This document shows, piece after piece, positions 12,116-24,154 of a stretch of 64,000 bases of DNA. Origin of the DNA: Octopus sinensis (lineage: Eukaryota); assembly GCF_006345805.1 (NCBI RefSeq), contig NC_043002.1:97526001-97590000 (forward strand), read 5' to 3'. Below the pieces are notes generated by a model. The model had not been told where the DNA came from. It did no database searches and was given only the letters and a program-made list of their open reading frames with translations. Numbering within the stretch: position 1 is the stretch's first letter; the number at the start of each line of letters is the position of its first letter. The position numbers and the translations under genes were made by a program.

Positions 12116-12317
12116 CAGTAATCCTTCGCTATATCGCGGTTCATCTATCGCGGTTTATTATTTAAGCTGACGTCGATTTCTCCATGGTATTGTTTTGCAC
12201 TTATGATAAAATGAATATATACAAATTATAAAAATAATTTTAAAAAATATACGGTACTGTTTCTACCTCGCGGTATGGAGGTGAAAATTTACAGCCACCA
12301 TAGTTGAGGGATTACTA
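12116..12317. mobile_element. Tigger/pogo-like MITE
   Basis: cagtaatccttcg ... gagggattacta inverted ends flanked by TA; same TIR as 28784-29311. Confidence 0.75.
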
Positions 12318-12667
12318 TAATCCTAAATCCACAATAAAAAAAAAACATGAAAAACGGTAAATCACGACCTTAACACCGTTGATCAGAGATATACCCAATC
12401 AGATGCAACATAAAATTAAAGATTAGTCATTAATCACGTCAGTACCTCCCAAACCAGTAGGATGAAAAACAATACTTAACAACATCTTAAGCCATACAAC
12501 ATCACACGTATACAAAGCGGTGGGATTCGTTCTGAGCACAGTAAGCGTATCGGTTGCCTCGAACGCCTGGTGAAGAACACCATCGGAGAACCATGCGGGT
12601 TGAAAAAACTGGAAGACGGAGGAGCTCTGTGACATACGACAGTGCAGATAAAATAACAACGGGCATA

Positions 12668-13073
12668 TCTTTATATATAAAAGTGAGGTTGTGTGCTGTC
12701 TGTCTCCTACGATTTAGATTCCTAACTACTCCCACATTTTGCGGTGCAGTTTAACCAAATCCGGGTATCTTATAGTCGTGATTCATATCGAGCCCTTCTT
12801 GGTATTAGCGCGCGTCTACGATGAGTCTACGATTTTAAAAAAAATTTACCATCAATTTTCCCCATTTTAATGCATTTTTGGCATATATAAGGGAAGTAAC
12901 TCTCTAAAAATTTATTATTAAATCTCAGAACGTAAAAAGCTACAGTAAGCCCCCCCTTTGTGGTTAGCCATATTGAGATGGCTATTATACTTTACATCTC
13001 TAAAAATGCTTACATCTCTAAAAATGCTTATATAGTTATTTCCCTTACAAACCCGAGCAACGCCGGGCGATAC
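12668..13073 (+). mobile_element. Non-autonomous Helitron (terminal CTAG lost)
   Basis: A|TCTTTATATATAAAAG start; hairpin cccgagcaacgccggg at 13052-13067; homologous to 6870-7249. Confidence 0.82.
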
Positions 13074-14320
13074 AATCTTCTCTCTACGATAATCGTATCA
13101 TATATTAGAGGAAAAGCAAAAGAAAACAGAACTACACACAAACATACTTAACATTCATACAGATGTCAAGTCCGGTTAAGTGGGATTAACAATAACGATC
13201 TATGAACTATATATGTTTGGGTCCTATTTCGAAGTTTCCAACCTCTGACCAACATACCAGTAACAACTTATAAGAGTTTGTTATTTCTGTCGTGGTTTTA
13301 TTATGTAACGAACAATGTTAAAACTATGACGACCAGATAATATATTCACAGTTACATAAGGTTCTATGGTAATTTGATTTATAATTTTCTAGTTAAAAGC
13401 TTCTGTAATTTAATGAGAATTGCAATTGATTCAGAATAGCTGTCTTCACAAGCGCCGAGAATCTGTCATTATTGATAATGAATGGACATTGATCTTAGTC
13501 AAAACGTCAATTGCCTAGTAGCAACTAAGATTTCAATGCGATAAGGTTTTAGATTCTACACTCAACAGAAAAGCTGCTTTCATCCCTGATTAAACGACTT
13601 AATGGAAAACGGAAGTTGAGCTATATTAATTAGCGGCAAGTGAAAACTACGCAGGGTCACGCTCTGCTTGGCCACATTTCATCATTAAGCTAATGAGTCT
13701 TTCTCCTCACGACAGATGTAATTTTAATCATGCACCAACAGTGATCACAACCTCATTAAGACAATTAATTTTCTGTGTTTACACCATAACCTGGTAAAAT
13801 ATGGCACTTATACATAAATCTACCTATATCTGTATCAGATACTGTGAGTAGAAGAATTTTGCGCTCAAAAGCTAAAGGACACCCATGATTGAAGATGAGA
13901 GGGGTATCATCGGCTTATCTACCTGTTGAAATACTCATTACGGTTAACCTATTGCCTTCTTAGGCTAAAAATGTCAGATGAGTAACCAAAAGTAGCTGCG
14001 TAGACTCATACAAGTACCTTAAATATTGCAATGAGTTTTTTTAATAAAAAGTATGATAAACACAAGATGCAGTTTATATCAGGTGTTTTTCCTACATACA
14101 CTTCAGCTTTGTGACTATGTGCATCCACTGCAGTGGGTGCTCTAAGTGCAATTGGATGCTGAACCCAAACAGTGCTTCCGGGCAATTCTTTATCTCATTA
14201 TGTTTACATTAATCATGCTGGACAGATGACAAGACATTTTATGATACTCTACCCGATTAGTATAAATTTCATAATATTAAGACTTACTTACCCTCGTGAT
14301 ATGGATCTTTCTTCCCAGTC

Positions 14321-14704
14321 GTGGAGGCGCAATGGCCCAGTGGTTAGGGCAGCGGACTCGCGGTCATAGGATCGCGGTTTCGATTCCCAGACCGGGCGTT
14401 GTGAGTGTTTATTGAGCGAAAACACCTAAAGCTCCACGAGGCTCCGGCAGGGGATGGTGGTGATCCCTGCTGTATTCTTTCACCACAACTTTCTCTCACT
14501 CTTACTTCCTGTTTCTGTTGTACCTGTATTTCAAAGGGCCGGCCTTGTCACTCTCTGTGTCACGCTGAATATCCCAGAGAACTACGTTAAGGGTACACGT
14601 GTCTGCGGAGTGCTCAGCCACTTACACGTTAATTTCACGAGCAGGCTGTTCCGTTGATTTGGATCAACCGGAACCCTCGTCGTCGTAACCGACGGAGTGC
14701 TTCC
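14321..14704 (+). mobile_element. SINE family B, full length, with 10-bp TSD
   Basis: tRNA-like A/B boxes; TSD tcttcccagt at 14310-14319 and 14706-14715. Confidence 0.9.
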
Positions 14705-15265
14705 CTCTTCCCAGTAAAATTTCTGTGATATAACAAGGCGGCGAACTGGCGGAAATTTTAGCACGCCAAGCAAAATGCTTAGCGGCATTTCGTCCGTCTT
14801 TATGTTTTGAGTTCAAATACCGCCGGGGTCGACTTTACTTTTCACCATTTTGTTGTCGATAAAATATGTACCATTTGATCACTGGGGTCGATGTAATCGA
14901 CTTACACCCTCCCCCTAAATAACTGGTCCTGTGCCAAAATTTGAAATCGATATTTCTGTGACATAATTTCATCTACCCAGGAAGCGTATTGCCATGATGT
15001 TTTCTCGATAATCATAGCATATCAACAAGCTTAATAACCGCATTAATGAATACATGGTGGTGGTGGTCGCCGTCGTCGTCGTCGTCATTGTTGTCGTTAT
15101 CATGGTGGGGTACTGATGGTGGTAGTTGTGGTGATGGTGGTGTAAGAGAAAGAGGAGGAAAATGACAAAATGCAATGACAGCTAAGGGGAACTCAGTGTA
15201 GGAAATTATGTTCCCCCCAAACAGGAACGCCATGAAATGGCAGTATGTTGTATAGATGACACAGA

Positions 15266-15432
15266 ATAGGCGTAGGAGTGGCTGTGTGGTAAGTAGCTTG
15301 CTTACGAACCACATGGTTTCAGGTTCAGTCCCACTGCGTGGCACCTTGGGCAAGTGTCCTCTACTATAACCTCGGGCCGACCAAAGCCTTGTGAGTGAAT
15401 TTGGTAGACGGAAACTGAAAGAAGCCTGTCGA

Positions 15433-15480
<48 letters not shown>

Positions 15481-15709
15481 ATGAGTGTGTAAATGTTTGT
15501 GTGTCTTTGTTTGTCCCCCCAACCGATGCTGATGTGCTTACGTCCCCGTAACTTAGCGGTTCGGAAAAAGAGACTGATAGAATAAGTACTAGGCTTACAA
15601 AGAATAAGTCCTGGGGTCGATTTGCTCGACTAAAGGCGGTGCTCCAGCATGGCCACAGTCAAATGACTGAAACAAGTAAAAGAGCAAAAAGAGTAAAGAG
15701 TAAAGAGTA
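15266..15709 (+). mobile_element. SINE family A
   Basis: Matches the 4660-5086 family. Confidence 0.9.
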
Positions 15710-15989
15710 GGAGTGTGATCGTCTCTGAAAAAATTGTGAGATCGAAATATTTCTTGCAATTGTATTTTTCTTGGGCCCTAGGTCTTATAAGACCGGTTGC
15801 CCGTTTTCTATTCCCTACACAACATTTGTCATCGGCTGGGTGCCGGTCCGTTGCAGGATTCAAGGCAAATAATTTTTAGGAAAGGGTCAAGTTGATGATA
15901 TGGACGGTGAATCGCTCGGCTCGTCCGTCAATGAAGAGCGCGGCTATCCGCGTAAACTGATGCGTATTGCAGGACTCAGTGATCAAAAC

Positions 15990-16437
15990 AAGGCGGCGAG
16001 CTGGCAGAAACGTTAGTACGCCGGGCGAAATGCTTAGCGGTATTTCGTCTGACTACATTTTGAGTTCTAATTCCGCCGAGGTTGATTTAGCCTCTCATCC
16101 TTTCGGGGTCGATAAATTAAGTACCAGTTACACACTGGAGTCGATGTAATCGGCTTAATCCCTTTGTCTGTCCTTGTTTGTCCCCTCTATGTTTAGCCCC
16201 TTGTGGGCAATAAAGAAATAAGAAACATTAGCACGCCGGGCGAAATGCTTAGCGGTACTTGGTCTGACTACATTTTGAGTTCTAATTCCGCCGAAGTTGA
16301 TTTTGCCTCTCATCCTTTCGGGGTCGATAAATTAAGTACCAGTTACACACTGGAGTTGATGTAATCGGCTTAATCCCTTTGTCTGTCCTTGTTTGTCCCC
16401 TCTATGTTTAGCTCCCTATTGGCAATAAAAAATAAGT
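15990..16437 (+). mobile_element. SINE family C, tandem dimer
   Basis: An approximately 210-bp unit is repeated; the second unit starts at about 16222. Confidence 0.8.
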
Positions 16438-16728
16438 TGATGACACTGACTCCAGTATTCTATTGCTACTTTATTTTATCAACCCACGAAGTGATGAAAG
16501 GCAAGGTTGACTTCGGCGGGAATTGAACTCAGAGCGTAAATAACCGGAAGAAATACTAACGATTCTGTTAGCTCGCCGCCTTGTCAGAGCTCATAAGATC
16601 AAATCCTGTAGCCTGGTATAGGCAACAATGATGGAAAACAGAGACGTGTTTTTAACTTGCTGGGCCAAATTCAATTTCTACTGTAAATTCATTTGTTGAT
16701 GCTTTTTCTTGTTGGTAAGGTCTTAAAG

Positions 16729-17032
16729 GTGGAGACACATAGCCTAGTTGTTAGAGCAGCGGACTCGCTGTCGAGGGATCGCGGGTCCGAATCTCAGACC
16801 GGTCGGTGTGTGTGTTTATGAACGAAACACTTAAGCTCCACGTGGCTCCGGCAGAAGGTAATGGCGAACTTCTGCTGATACTTTCACCAAAACTTTCTCT
16901 CACTATTTCTTCATGCATCTAGCAGCTCACCTGCGACGGACTGGCGTCCCGTCCAGGTGGGGAACCTATACGCCAAGGAAACCAGGAAACCGGCCCTAAT
17001 GAGTCAGGCATGGCTTGAGAAGGAACAAAAAA
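16729..17032 (+). mobile_element. SINE with family B-like head/body and an alternative 3' tail (family E)
   Basis: Tail ctcacctgcgacggactggcgtcccgtccagg...gagaaggaacaaaaaaa; reverse copy at 27249-27510. Confidence 0.8.
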
Positions 17033-17294
17033 AATGGTCTTGAAGAAGAGACTCTGACTACAACATATGTTGGTCCTTCGCGGAATTGAATGATTTGAAC
17101 ACGGCAATTACAGTAAAAAACCTTAGCAAAGAGGGACAATCCGAGGATCAACCAACAGTTTAGGAAGTAAGTACAGAGCTTAATGTGTATTGTGGAGACG
17201 AGAGGAGCGCAATATGGTTTGGGGCACAAAAGAAGCTAATTCTGTTAAAGCGAAAGGTCAAGTCAAATACTTGAAAAATAAGTTCTACCGGAAC

Positions 17295-17810
17295 AGTTGC
17301 CAAGATTAATGAAAGTGTCTTTAAGGGATTTCAAATATGAAAATTAGATAATGAAGGTATTTAATGGAAAGCCTAAGTAAAGCCGAACATAAAAACAACC
17401 TGGCAAGACTTCAAAAGTGTCTGTACAAACTTTTTAATAAATCACTATGTCGAAAACTGCTCTGAAATAGGTGAACTTCTTAAGCCCTGCCAAGCACCAA
17501 GTTTGCGTTTCCAGAGTTAGGGTGTGTGCTCCAAATCGTGAGGAATCTAAAGTCATCCGATGCGCCCGAATAACAAAAGCACAAGAAAGCCACAATTCTG
17601 TCTTCAACGGATCGATTCCTAGTAGGCGCGCGGCTTTTCAATGGCAAAGATTAAAGAAAGCTTTTTCGTAGACTTTCAGATCAAAGGATCAGGTAATGGA
17701 GCTCTTTGAATGAAAATTGTATAAAACTGGAAAACATCTACATGGAATGACAACTGCGAAAACTTTTGGGGGAAATCTTAAGGTCGAAAATTTATCTGAA
17801 ATAGTAGTTG
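17295..17810 (+). pseudogene. Two decayed DNA-transposase fragments (Chapaev3/CMC-like by recalled motif)
   Basis: AKINESVFKGFQI*KL, TTWQDFKSVCTNFLINH and AKIKESFFVDFQI resemble the AKIKEGIFVGPQIR and AWxAFKxVxxNFLGN motifs. Family name is uncertain. Confidence 0.5.
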
Positions 17811-17821
17811 AACTTCATTAA

Positions 17822-18046
17822 TTACATTATTTACATTTGACGGATATTTTTCCTCATCTTGTTTGTGGCTAACACATTTCGGCTGATATACCCTCCAGCC
17901 TTCATCAGGTGTCTTGGGAAAATTTCGAACCTGGGTTCTCATTCTTAAGGTATTTTTCGATGTGTTATTATTATTATTATTTTATTATTATTATATTATT
18001 ATTATATTATTATTATTTATTATTATTATTATTATTATTATCACCA

Positions 18047-18097
<51 letters not shown>

Positions 18098-18160
18098 TAT
18101 TATTTTATTATTATTATTATTATTATTATATTATTATCATCATTATTATTATTATCACCA

Positions 18161-18195
<35 letters not shown>

Positions 18196-18957
18196 TATTA
18201 TATTATTATATTATTATTATCATTGCTTTTGCACAGCTTCTAACGCTGGAGATGTATTACAGTGTCAGCTGTTCACTACCAGTGAACTAAGGTAACACCT
18301 CTTATTTTTCGAGCACCTTCCAGAATATTCGAGTGGTTCCAAGCAGTGCTGTTTTCTGCAAGTGCTCCACCCTTATTACGGCCCCTATTTGTTCCACGTA
18401 CTTCTCGAGATTTTTGCTCACTGTTCCCAGTGCTCCGACAATTTTCATCGACCACAATTCCTTGACTTCTCAAGCTAACCTGCCATATCTCTAGACTTTT
18501 CTTTCTTCTTTATCGCATATCTTGTTGTTAGCTGGGCATGCTATATTTATGACCCAGTATAGTTTGTTTTCTTCCTCAATTAAGACTATGTCAGGCTTCC
18601 TATTCTCTATCTCATGGTCGCACTGCATCATAAAATCTCATAGGATCTTTGCATTTCCATTTTCGACGATGCCTACAGGTTTGTGGTCGTACTTTTTTAT
18701 ATTCATTCAGGTCACCGCCTGGAATCGAAATCGGAATCTTGAGGTTAGTTGCCAATGCTCTTAACCACTATGCCTCATGCCCGAAAAAATACCTTAGGAA
18801 TGAGAACCCAGGTTCGAAATTTTCCCAAAACACATGATGAAGGCTGGAGGGTATATCAGCCGAAACATTGTGTTAACAACAAACAAGATGAGGACAAATA
18901 TCCGTCAAATGTAAATAATGTACATAATTCCTCATCTCTTAAATATAAAACTGTATT
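17822..18957. mobile_element. Composite foldback element: inverted hammerhead-bearing arms around a tRNA-like head and (TAA)n, interrupted by a LINE fragment
   Basis: The left arm 17822-17962 is the reverse complement of the right arm at about 18785-18957. tRNA-like head on the minus strand at about 18705-18780. Same family as 33434-33818. Confidence 0.75.
18229..18700 (-). pseudogene. R4/Dong-like LINE 3' fragment (RLE domain and 3' UTR)
   Basis: Minus strand gives NAKIL*DFMMQCDHEIENRKPDIVLIEEENKL; the 3' UTR matches 1870-1940; (ATA)n tail. Confidence 0.85.
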
Positions 18958-19753
18958 ATAGTAGTTGAGCTTGTTAAGTCTTGCCAAGCAATGGGATACT
19001 TTATATCATTCGGCGGCGAGCTGGCAGAATCGTTAGCACGCCGGCCGAAATGCTTAGCAGTATAATCGACTTAATCCGTTTGTCTGTCCTCCCTTGTGGG
19101 TAGTAAAGAAATAGGTATTTCGTCTGCTGCTACGTTCTGAGTTCAAATTCCGCCGAGCTCGACTTTGCCTTTCATCCTTTCGGGGTCGAGTAAATAAGTA
19201 CCAGTTACGCACTGGGGTCGATATAATCAACTTAATCCGTTTGTCTGTCCTTGTTTGTCCCCTCTGTGTTTCGCCCCTTGTGGGTTGTAAAGAAATTTAT
19301 ATCATTAAAGGTTCAGTCGCTTTGACGTTTTTCCAGAAGAGAAGGTTGCAACAAACGACAAAGAGGATTAGCAATTATACCTGGATATTTCTGTGACGGA
19401 AAAGCGTTAGTGGGCCAACTGGAACCCCAGTGTGTTTTATGATTACTGCTGGCCTCTTTAAAGAGACACCTCTCGGGCAAACTATAAAATAAAATGAAAT
19501 CAATCTACAGTTTGATCTATAATTATGTCGTTTTAATAGTGTATTAATATTGGGTTGGTGCATAATTATTGCGGCTTTTTTCAACAAATTATATTCAACA
19601 AAAACAATAGCAACATGTAACACAAATATCTTTAAATGATTATTCCGGAGCATATTTGCTTGGCAGACGGTCAGACCGTCATTTAAAGATGCTTTTGTTA
19701 AATATTGTTATTGCTTCTGTTGAATAAAATTTGTTGAGAAAAAAAAAGCCACA

Positions 19754-19933
19754 ATAGGCGCAGGAGTGGCTGTGTGGTAAGTAGCTTGCTAGCCAACCAC
19801 ATGGTTGCGGGTTCAGTCCCACTGCGTGGCATCTTGGGCAAGTGTCTTCTGCTATAGCCCCGGGCCGACCAATGCCTTGTGAGTGGATTTGGTAGACGGA
19901 AACTGAAAGAAGCCTGTCGTATATATGTATATA

Positions 19934-19999
<66 letters not shown>

Positions 20000-20206
20000 T
20001 TGTGTGTCTGTGTTTGTCCCCTAGCATTGCTTGACAACCGATGCTGGTGTGTTTACGTCCCCGTAACTTAGCGGTTCGGCAAAAGAGACCGATAGAATAA
20101 GTACTGGGCTTACAAAGAATAAGTCTCGGGGTCGATTTACTCGACTAAAGGCGGTGCTCCAGCATGGCCGCAGTCAAATGACTGAAACAAATAATAGAGT
20201 AAAAGA
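19754..20206 (+). mobile_element. SINE family A
   Basis: Full-length match to the other copies. Confidence 0.9.
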
Positions 20207-20594
20207 ATGATTACGCACCAACCCAATATATATGTAACTACATAGATCAGAAAAATGAAAGTGCATGCTTGACAAAAATAAAAACTGACCAATGAGAGAA
20301 AAGTAACAAGCTTATTTGGATTCAGTATAACGATTTTCATTCTTGACGGCGACAATAGCTTATTATACAGCAGTATGGGAATTAATAATTAGCATTCCAT
20401 CCATTCATCCATTTTCCTTGCCCATTATTCTTGTGAGGGTTGTGGAGTAGACCCCTTCAGGTACCTTCTCCATAGGATCCTATTAGAAGTAACCATTATT
20501 ACACTTTTCGTCTGAATTCTCAAATGTCACAAACTTAGGCTATGGACAATATCCAACTATCTCATTCTTAGTATACCCTTAGGTCTCCCGCAAG

Positions 20595-20905
20595 CTGGCC
20601 CCACTTGATGATTCCGTCTTGCGATTTACTGTACCCTTCTAATCACGTGTATGTGCAACTGGGGCTGTGACTTCTCAGTGCAGAGAAGTAGCGACTCGAC
20701 CTGAAGAGACTCTTTGGTCTCTTAGCTACGCATCCTGTCTAGCAACATTACTCCAGAGATCCTCTGGCCCCACTTGATGATTCCGTCTTGCGATTTACTG
20801 TACCCTTCTAATCACATGTGTGTGCAACTGGGGCTGTGACTTCTCAGTGCAGAGAAGTAGCGACTCGACCTGAAGAGGCTATTTGGTCTCCTAGCTACGC
20901 ATCCT
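20595..20905. repeat. Direct duplication of a 142-bp segment, period 169 bp
   Basis: ctggccccacttgatgatt...ctacgcatcct at 20595-20736 and 20764-20905. Confidence 0.9.
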
Positions 20906-21134
20906 ATTTCTTTACTACCCACAAGGGGCTAAACATAGAGGGGACAAACAAGGACAGACAAACGGATTAAGTCGATTACATCGACCCCCAGTGCGTAACT
21001 GGTACTTAATTTATCGACCCCGAAAGGATGAAAGGCAAAGTCAACCTCGGCGGAATTTGAACTCAGAATGTAACGGCAGACGAAATACGGCTACGCATTT
21101 CGCCCGGCATGCTAACGATTCTGCCAGCTCGCCG
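20906..21134 (-). mobile_element. SINE family C
   Basis: Reverse complement of the family C consensus. Confidence 0.85.
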
Positions 21135-22852
21135 CTCTAAACTGTACCATTCTGAGGATCCAATGCTGAAGCAGGCGTATTACTGCGAGAGCAACTGCAA
21201 TTCAAACACCCAGTCCAGTCTCCTGCCTCCCATCACCCGTGAATACGGCCTGGGGATACTTCTCCACTATTCGACATTAGCACTGCACTGCAGATACATA
21301 ACGAGATATGGAAAGAGAAGATAAGAAACACATAACTAGAATGAGAAGGGGATTTATAGAAATATTAGAAAGAAGTAGCATCAGCAGCGGCAGCAGCAGT
21401 AGCAGCAGCAGCAGTAGCAGCAGCAGCGCAAAGAGTTGGTATATCGTTTCTATGTTGGCTACTTCACTGTTCTAGACTGACTCTCATCTAAATAAATCAT
21501 TTAAACTACTTGAATTTGTTCAAAAGACATCACCTACTGCCCTTGTTTGTAATGGTCAACGTGCAGAGTCATTGAAATTAACCCAGCTACTTTATCCCAA
21601 ACTCTCTCTCTCTCATTCCAGCATTATCTCTCTCTCCCTTTTTTCTCTCTCTCTCTCTCCCTTTCTCTCCCTCTCCTTCTCTCTCTCTCTCTCTCTCAAT
21701 CGTGTTTCAAACGATTATTTACGCATCTTACAAATTGCGAACACAATTTATCTCAGTATCGTTAGACGTCAACGTAAAGCCTAAATTATTTTCGCTTTTA
21801 TAAAAGCATGATGTCAGCTGATATAGAACGTGACATTAAAAGGTGTTCACCACCAGCCGAGGGCGACTATATTGGTAACATTATACGTCTTCTACTTATG
21901 CAATTTCGTGTCGTCAATGCTTTCTTTTACCTTGCATTAGGTCTTATTGATTTTCATATGAACTATCTCTGTGTTTAGGTTTGCTTTCCTGAAGAGAAAG
22001 ACTAAAAATATATCAACTAGCTTACTCTTAAAGCTACACCAACAATCTATTAGTTGCTTTAACCAGTTCCAACCTACAATCTAAAGAGAAACTAATAGCA
22101 AGCTATGTGGTATGGTGGTGTATTTATCTGATATTGTAGCTGTATAATAAATACGAGCTATTTCCCTTGTAGCATACACGAGTCTATGTCTGTTTAAATG
22201 TATGTCGAACTGTCTAAATGTATGTGTGTGTGCGTGCGCGTGTATCAGTGTGTGTGTGTGTGGCCTATATTGGCAATTATGTTTATATCTGTATTTTCTA
22301 TTTTGCATAATTGTATGTATATATATATATATATATATGCGTGTGTGCATACATATACTTTTATATTTATATATAAACTTATTTGTAAATGAATGCATGA
22401 CGTTCAATTAAATAATAGTATAAATAATATGTGTGTGTGTATGTATATATATGTATGTATATAATAATAATTATTATTATTATTAGTAGTAGTAGTAGTA
22501 GTAGTAGTAGTATTTTTTTTTCTGCTTTCTTTAAATTTTCTTCCGTTTCTCACCGGGTGTTTTCCGTACACCTAGGGCAGAGAAGCTCATTGTATGCATT
22601 CCCAGATTACACACGCAAATTCACAGGTAAAATATATACTTAAAAAATTAATGAATAAAAATATTCATGAATGGATGTTATTTTCACAGCGATAATGCTC
22701 TTCTCGGTACATGAGCCGTTCCATTCAACACGATTTTTGTACTTCCTGTAGGGATGGTAAGCCTGGTATCATTTTCAGATAGGTTTCAGTACCTTTTTTT
22801 TATCATTCCTAGAGATCCCACAATCACTGGTACTGAGATGCCACATTTTTTC

Positions 22853-22915
<63 letters not shown>

Positions 22916-22920
22916 TTATT

Positions 22921-23251
22921 ATATGCATATATGGATACAGGACGTCATCAACTGTGTAAACAACATGAAGAACGAAAACAAACGAGTTAAATACGCAAAC
23001 GACGAGAGAAAAATTGAAAAGAGGACAAGTAAAGACAGAGAACGACCCTTCATCAGTTGTCGACTGTCTATCTACTCTTCTGCTCGAAATGAGGAGTGGA
23101 TAGACAGCCGACAACTGATGAAAGGTCGTTCTCTATTTACTTGACCTGTTTTCCATTTCTTCACTCGTTGTATGCGCGTATTTAATTCGTTTGTTTTCGT
23201 ACTCCATGTTGTTTACACAGTCGGTGACGTCCCGTGCCCATATATGCATAT
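22921..23251. repeat. Foldback element, about 160-bp imperfect inverted arms, 10-nt loop
   Basis: Symmetric around loop tgctcgaaat (23081-23090), e.g. ttcatcagttgtcgactgtctatc pairs with gatagacagccgacaactgatgaa. Confidence 0.9.
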
Positions 23252-23391
23252 ATATATATACATACATACATATATACATATATATATTGATAAAAATGGT
23301 AAGACAACAAAAGACAGAAAGAGACCTCGATATTATGTGAATAGAGGAATTTATCTGTAAATGTAATATGTGACAATTATTCGGTAGCCAT

Positions 23392-23452
23392 GATAAAACT
23401 TTGAGTTTCGGATGCCGAGCTGGAAATCCACGTCGCCATCTCCTCAGTTATC
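23392..23452 (-). ncRNA. Hammerhead-like motif
   Basis: GAUAA-CUGAGGA-GAUG...CAUC-C-GAAA-CUCAAAG-UU-UUAUC; core intact, extra base before GAAA, imperfect stem III. Confidence 0.5.
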
Positions 23453-24074
23453 CAGACATCGGAAAATCACTATCTTCCTTGATGGTGTAGGTACGTTTTT
23501 CATAGAATTATCGATGTAATAGGCGTCGATATTATATATATATTATTTATATTACATTTGTAGATATAAATGTATTATATAAAGGAGTAAAAGGGTATAT
23601 ATAATATACAGATTATATATATAAGAGTATATATAATAGATGGATAGACAGACAGACAGACTGACGTATACATATATACGTATATAACATATACATATGA
23701 ATACATCTTGTTTGGAATAGTATATCTCGAAGCATACATATAAAGCTATGAACAACAGCATGTGAATATTGGGTGGGAAAATCCTTTTTTGATAGGAAAA
23801 AGTTTTCAGCCCAATATTTACTTGCAACAAATTATTGTTTTGTGTGTGTGCTTCGAGACATGCTGTTCCAGAATTATTTCAAGTTCTCTCTAAAGCTTAT
23901 GACATTCTTATGATGTTAACAGCATATCGTGTGCACATATGTGTCTGTTTGTGTTTATGTGTGTGTAATAAAGGGTACAGAATCTACGTGTTCCGACGTA
24001 ATTCAGAGGTGCAACGTAATCCAAGTGTAAAGGTAACCCACAGAAACAGCTACAGGCACATCCACCACCCCCTG

Positions 24075-24154
<80 letters not shown>

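Noticed and set aside
12318-12667. Short ORFs between the MITE and the Helitron
   Set aside because: No motif I can assign; possibly a transposon relic.
13590-13800. TAAT/TAATTA-rich stretch suggestive of a homeodomain enhancer
   Set aside because: Such motifs are expected by chance at this AT content; needs cross-species conservation.
14321-14400. tRNA gene candidates at SINE heads
   Set aside because: A/B boxes are present but continue into SINE bodies, with no complete acceptor stem.
20695-20730. ctgaaga followed by hairpin gagac/gtctc
   Set aside because: No GAAA, stem III or stem I, so not a hammerhead.
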